DNA from: Octopus vulgaris
Lineage: Eukaryota
NCBI GenBank assembly: GCA_951406725.2
Contig: OX597825.1
Coordinates: 37,696,001 to 37,760,000, forward strand
Direction of reading: 5' to 3'
Length of the DNA stretch: 64,000 nucleotides
Positions 57,245 through 64,000 of this stretch are shown piece after piece. The notes under the pieces were generated by a model that saw only the letters and a list, made by a program, of their open reading frames with translations, was not told where the DNA came from and did no database searches. Every line of letters begins with the position of its first letter. Within the stretch, counting starts at the first letter, position 1. Made by a program: the position numbers and the translations under genes.

Positions 57245-57510
57245 GATGAGATCGTTAATTAAAATATCGATCTTATCAGCATGGGAATAAAAACCTTCAA
57301 AGGTAATAATTATTATTAAAATTGTAATTTAGAGTATCCAACATATACCGTCGCGCTGGAAATAGCAGCCCAAAACCTGACTCTAAAACCAGATTAAATG
57401 TTCATACAGCACGTGGTGCTGTATGAACATTTAATGTTGTGGTTTTAGAGTCAGATTTCTGGCTGCTATTTCCAGCGTGACGGAATCTCTTAGATACCCT
57501 AAATTATAAT
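57241..57510. mobile_element. Fold-back insertion in (TA)n (probable PLE terminus)
   Basis: Arms about 57320-57412 and 57416-57510 around gcac-gtg-gtgc, a unique tail 57241-57320, and (TA)n on both sides. Confidence 0.65.
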
Positions 57511-57603
<93 letters not shown>

Positions 57604-58168
57604 TCTAATTATTAGAGCATATATTTGAGCAAAACTATCGGGAAGTAAACTGGATGAGAATCTGACATGCTACGAAAAATATAAACTTACCAACAATAAA
57701 TGGATTCTGTGTAAAAATTTTCGCATGTGAATAGACGTTATTACGTCTAATGGTATTGAAATTATGATTAGAGCAAAGGGAAACGTCACATCTCCTGAAT
57801 GATAGTAATGACAATACAAATCGCAAGCATTATATGTGTATATACCAATATAGATGTGAGTGTGCTTATGTGTGTGTGTATCATCACGAAAAATGTATAC
57901 GAACAGAACGTGGTGGATCAACAATTAACCGAATGTGTAAAATGGGACTGTGGCTTTTGCGAGGTGAAAGGATGCATGGAGAAGGTGGCTTTATCCATTC
58001 TATCTTATATAGTAGAAATATTTTTAGAGTTTACAGAGGGATGTAAGGGTATCATGTAATTCTAGCTTTACATCACCTCCAAAATTAAAACCATCTGTAG
58101 AAGAGGTATCCATTGTACAGTATACACAGAGTATCCTCTGATCGAATGTCCCTGATAATTCACCTTCT

Positions 58169-58211
<43 letters not shown>

Positions 58212-58273
58212 CTATATTTTCTACCCAGGTATCGGTTAACCGAATTACCAATACTAGGATAATTCATTCACCT

Positions 58274-58336
<63 letters not shown>

Positions 58337-58353
58337 GTATGTATGTTTGTATG

Positions 58354-58384
<31 letters not shown>

Positions 58385-58389
58385 ATGTA

Positions 58390-58707
58390 TAGATTGTTGT
58401 ATTTCGGTATGGTCATTATTTGTTTTTGCCAAATAGACACACGCACTATATATTTTTGTATTTATATTCGTGTAACGTCGTCCGTTTTTCCCTCCTCGTC
58501 TCGTATACATTCGATCCTTTTTCCAAGGAATCTAATGCTCTTAGCTTAGTTTTTACTTAGGGCTGGCCAGATTGGAGCACTCTCAAGATTAATCAGCCGA
58601 AATTGCAAGGATGATCCGGTTCTTGACTGGAGATTACAAGCTTCGAATGACCCTTCCGTGTTTTTTGTATCGTCTATCTGGATGCTTTGCGTTCTTGTCC
58701 CATTTTG
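58390..58707 (+). mobile_element. Dispersed repeat in (TA)n, copy 1 (copy 2 at 63171-63366)
   Basis: Shared ttccaa.gaatctaatgc.ct...gctggccag...caagattaatcagccgaaattgc.aggatgatccggttcttgactg.agatt...cttcgaatg. Confidence 0.8.
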
Positions 58708-58750
<43 letters not shown>

Positions 58751-59665
58751 GCTAAGTAATTCAAGATGTTATGTTTTGTAATCAAAGGAATCTTCATTTA
58801 TATTAGCTACATCTGCATACATAGCAATACGAAAGTAGATTAATAGGAGAAAGGAATTATTTGCAAGTTCGAAGATATGGAAGCATATCGTGACTCTGTT
58901 ATATGATTTCTTGCATTTGACGTCAGGTTTGCAAAAACGTTGCGGTGGCTTCCTTGACAAGGACTATGTACTTGTCATGGAAATTGCGTAATGACTTGAA
59001 AAATATCTTCTTGGTGCCATTTATGCATCGTTTACGAGACATTATTTATTCAGTTAAATGCAAGCAAGTTTACCATATCTTCCTCAGCTCTCTAAACTTA
59101 TCATGAGCAAATAGTGCAAGCATTTCACATATCCACTGATCTGAGCTGGTACCAACACCGAAAGGATAAAACATAACATCGACTTCGGCACTATGTGAAT
59201 GGCAATAGCTAGAATACATAACATCACCAATTAACCCGACATTGTAACGATTCAGTCCATGTGTCTTCACTGAAATATATAAACATGAATACATACTAAG
59301 AAAGATAACTCTAACGAGGGATAAACCGTATATTTTGTCATGATTTCTGTACCAGGTTTGTGCAAATGACCCGACTTGAAACAATATAAAGTGAAATGAA
59401 ATGGTATAAGTTGTTGCACTAAATGATCTTCAGTATAACATGAATATAATAAACTAGTTTCCTGATTCCATAGGCAGTGACATAGTTCTACAGAAATTAA
59501 AGTTTAAGGTGACCAATTTTTCTACCAAATCGAAATTATCTTTATAACGAAATGTTAGCTATCTTGGTGTGATTTCTCTGTAAGAATAAACTAACTGGCA
59601 CTTACTACTTGTGAAATTATCTTGCAAGTTGACCCTTAGTATAGTACTAGTTCTCAGGAAGATTC

Positions 59666-59854
59666 AGCATGACACAGAATGAGATAAACCTGACTCTTTA
59701 AATTTTTAGTACAACACATTTTTGCCAGCTGACTTCACTAGAGCAACAGGAAATAAAGTGCTTTGATCGAGGACAGAGTATGCCACCAGGAATCACACTC
59801 ACGACCTTACGATCGTGAGTCGAATATCCTAATCACTTTACCATGCGCCTTCAC
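59666..59854 (-). mobile_element. tRNA-derived SINE family C
   Basis: Minus strand gtgaaggcgcatggtaaagtgattagg...tcacgatcgtaaggtcgtgagtgtgattcc (tRNA-like head with A/B boxes), then a tgtcctcgatcaaagcacttta core. Confidence 0.65.
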
Positions 59855-62396
59855 ACGTGACCACGCGCCTCATCAAGTTGAAAGAAGTGAATCATTATTC
59901 GTCACACTTCATGTTTCTGTACGTTTGTCTGTAATTCTTGCACATTTTGCAACTGTCATTTATATATGAGGTATTAAACGACTGGTGCTACAGACTTGTT
60001 CATAAAACAAGGGCAAATCATTCTTCCAGTTAGGCTGCTAGTCTATCACATAAGGTATTTCTACACCATTTGTTAACTAATGGTGCCAGTCTTTGTAGAA
60101 GAATTTATTGAAAATAATTATTGTGTATAAAGAAACTCTTCGAATTTTTCCATCATTTCCATTCGAAATAATACCTTCGGCATATAGATACGTGTGACAT
60201 TTTATTTAGATACTTTAGAAAAAAGCAGCATTTCATAATATATTATACATTTTAAACTACATTAATGCATTAAATAATCATATATAGGAAGGTGCACATA
60301 TTATTTAACTGCATTTACCATATTTTATTTACTTTAATGTCTAATGTGAGAAACCGATACCCGCTGTTATATTATTAACTGCAAATTTTACCAAAAAGTT
60401 TGGCAAGTGAGAGGCGAAAACTAGAAACTTATATTGAGTCAGAATTTCTGTTTACTCTTCTGAGAAAGATATTAATCTCTCTGTTAAATCTATTAAATAT
60501 ATACACTCTGTTATATAATATCATATCATATCTCTATGCAAAGAGAGAGAGGGAGAGAGAGAGAGAAAGAGAGAGAGGAATAATGAAAGTCAGAAAGTCA
60601 GAAATAAAGAAAGATACCACCGCTTCAACAACACGCACATATGTATAGTGAGAGAAAGTTACAGATATTTGCATTTATACCAATACATATTTACATATAT
60701 ACAAATATAGGCATATATATATATGTGTGTATGTGTGTGCATGTGTGGGTGTGTATTTGTGTAAACACACATTGTGTATGCATGTCGACATGTATGTACG
60801 AGTGTGTGTAAATATAAATGAACTAAGTGAAATAATTTAGTGTGGCCAGTAGCATTAATTATAACTAATAAAGTTATACTGATTACCATGTAAGATAAAT
60901 ACTTGATTTACTGAATCTATCTTCGTTTCCAGAGAACGTAGGAAGCACTTAATGGAGTTGGCAACGATGTTGGAAACAGATGAGTGAGATAGGCTAAATA
61001 AATCGTCAATGTAAAATATTGCCAAAAATGTTTGTGCTTGGTGACAAGTGAAAAAAAAAGAGAACATGCGTTTCTGCCACAATGCGCATCAGCATTGTAC
61101 TGACTGCCACCACTAACATAGAAACAATAGTTTACAGCTCTTCTGTCTCCTTGTACTTTGTTGAATAGTACAGCACAGTATACTTGTGTTTGTAGCTCCC
61201 AGTATAGAGAGAATACACTTAAATGGTACACATTTCTTTCTTCCTTTTAGCACGTAGCAGTCGACTGTGAATCTACTGTAGTTAGTTATATGTTTACTTA
61301 CTGAATTTAATAATATTGTTTTTGTTCATAGGGAAAATGCATTTATGCGTTGTAGTTTAATTAATAGCGTTAGTATTTAATCCTTCTTAAAATTATGATC
61401 GAATGAATGTGGTGATATTTAAGGTATGTTTGTTCCCAAACAACAGTTATTTTAGTGCTGTTGACATAGCCGGATTGTATGGTACTGCCCAGGTGTCAAA
61501 AACATAGTGATATTCATGGGGCAGCTGATGATGGGGGTATATTATATTGTTGGTATAGCTGTTATTGCATGTCGGAATAGACATCTATTTGCTATATAAT
61601 ATGCAAGGCCCACTTAAAACCTATTCTATCATTCCCTGTAAAAAATCAAACTAGTTTCCTACTTTATCACCATGTATACTCCATGTAATTGTAAACTTAG
61701 ACTATTAAGGATAACTTATACTCTTCATTGTGACTGATCACTGTAGTGTAGCAGCTTTGCTATTCTATATTAAATCGAATAAATTTGACAACTTCATTGA
61801 AATGGATTGATTCCTTACATTTGTAGACTTCAAACAGTAAATTTAAATCAAAACATCAGTACTTAGTTTGGTGATCTTAATTTGGTACACTTAGTAAGGT
61901 TAGAGTTGTAAGCATGTAGTGGTAAGCTTGACGAGTATACTTAAGTTAATAAATTTCATTATAGAAAACGGGTAAACGGCTTGGGGTACGCTGCAGTTCA
62001 TAAAATTAGATCGATAAACTTACGAGATACACTTCGAGTTTTACACTTACATGAATAAAATTTTGCAGTAAATGGGTAACATTCGTAAAGAAGTAATGTT
62101 AAATTTATACATTTTTATGGTTATAGTGGAATTATACACTTAAATTATTCGTTAATTTACTTACTGGGCTACGATAGAATTCTGAAATTGATAAAAATAC
62201 AGTAGTTCACATAAATGGATATAGTTAATGCAAAAATATAGTGGCACACTTCAACTGCTGCACTTGCAATAAAAGTGGGACATTTAAACTGTTGCAGAAG
62301 AGTAAACTTGGAATGGTGATAACTTTCATTGGAGTAATAAGCTTAAAATTACTTTCAAAATTTGATACCAAGCCATATTTGATCACTTAGAATAGC

Positions 62397-62438
<42 letters not shown>

Positions 62439-62791
62439 AAAGGTAAACAATGAGGCATTATTATTTCTTTGAATGCTGGCATGAGTGTGTGTCTGTACAT
62501 GTAAGTAACACGCACGAGTGTGCGTGAGTGCGTGCGTGTGAGAAATCGTGTGTGAGTACATGTGTAGTGTGGTCGAAAGTGCACTGTTGTTGGCGTTAAT
62601 AAGGCAGGTTTTATTTGGAGCCAAATAAATGGTACCGCGTATATCCACAAGCTGGGGTATAACGAGAATATTTAAGCAAGGAAACAAAGTATGGGTCAAT
62701 TTCCTTTGGTAAAAGAAGGCACTCCACTTCCTGAAAATTGGAAATGACCGTTCAGTTGAAGGAAAGAGACACACAAATTGAAACACAAATG

Positions 62792-62877
<86 letters not shown>

Positions 62878-63100
62878 GTTGAAATTTACAGAAAAATAAA
62901 AGACGAAGGCAGGTGTATAAACATCAAGTGTATAAACATCAAGTGAGAAATTCATTTAAGTTTCGATCCTACGCTCTTCAACAGAGACGAACACGAGAAA
63001 ATAAGCAGACAGAGAGAGTGTGAGAGAGAGAGGGCGAGAGAGAGAGAGAATATAAAACTTTTGGAGTTATCCATCAATCATGGCCACAAAGGTATTGATT
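62878..63100 (-). mobile_element. PLE-terminus-like remnant with a degenerate minimal HHR
   Basis: Minus strand TTGAAGA-gcgtaggatc-GAAA-ct-TA at about 62957-62981; flanked by microsatellites. Confidence 0.4.
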
Positions 63101-63115
63101 GATTGATTGATTGAT

Positions 63116-63160
<45 letters not shown>

Positions 63161-63170
63161 CATACATATA

Positions 63171-63366
63171 CATTCGATGCTTTCTTCCAAAGAATCTAAT
63201 GCGCTTGGCTTAGATTTTCCTTTGGGGCTGGCCAGGTCGGAGCAATCTCAAGATTAATCAGCCGAAATTGCGAGGATGATCCGGTTCTTGACTGAAGATT
63301 GAAGGCTTCGAATGTCCCGTCCGTATTTTTTGTATCGTCTTCTAAATGTTTTGCCTTCTTGTCCCA
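63171..63366 (+). mobile_element. Dispersed repeat in (TA)n, copy 2
   Basis: Homologous to 58508-58702. Confidence 0.8.
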
Positions 63367-63391
63367 GTTAGTGTTTTTTTTTTACATATAC

Positions 63392-63456
<65 letters not shown>

Positions 63457-64000
63457 AGTATTTGTATATATATGTATATGTATTTGTGGTCATATGTCTA
63501 CATACGAGGGCCACACACATGTGCGTGCACATACGCTCGCATGTGCGCAAACTCGCAAACACACATATGCTCGTGTGCTTGCTTATATATGTACATATGT
63601 ATATATGTAAGAATCTATATCTATGTGTGTGTGTATATATATATATATGCGTGATTATAAGTATATGCGTATATACACATACATGTATATATATATATAT
63701 AAGTATACATATATATATGCTCAAGTATGACCGTAGCCAACTGCATGGCAACAATAAGGAATATATATATTTATATATATATATATATATATACATATAT
63801 CTATCTATCTATCTATCTATCTATCTACCTCTCTTTCTGTCTTTGTACATTTAGATATATATATATATATATTATATTTGGCACCTGAATGTGTCTAACC
63901 CTTAAGGGCTGATGTTGCTGTAGCTTGTAGCCCCAGGATGACATCTCCTCAAGCTGGTTATTGACACACTATCAGATAATATGTCAATAGCCTGCTGGTA

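Noticed and set aside
60933-60983. Candidate 51-nt exon (tttccag ... gtgag)
   Set aside because: Only splice-like dinucleotides; no recognisable protein and no partner exons.

Overview
AT-rich eukaryotic non-coding DNA (intronic or intergenic) packed with (TA)n/(CA)n/(TATC)n/(AAT)n microsatellites. The SINE types look like octopod cephalopod (Octopus-like) repeats; this is my recognition, not a database result. No host exon could be supported, and almost all ORF-track entries are microsatellite translations. The only long real ORF is a Penelope-like element (PLE; RT + GIY-YIG, Neptune-type) on the minus strand at 11782-13600. There are also decayed Naiad-type PLEs, an R4/Dong-like RLE LINE, a CR1-like LINE end, tRNA-derived SINEs, Helitron-like elements and fold-backs. 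Main signal: several different type I hammerhead ribozyme (HHR) motifs sit in PLE termini that are embedded in (TA)n arrays and often carry a fold-back. The best case is a composite insertion (about 11112-14281). There a Neptune RT/EN element with its own 3' HHR is fused 5'-to-5' to an unrelated HHR-bearing terminus, duplicated as a 249-bp inverted repeat that is identical by eye, giving an intact HHR on each strand.
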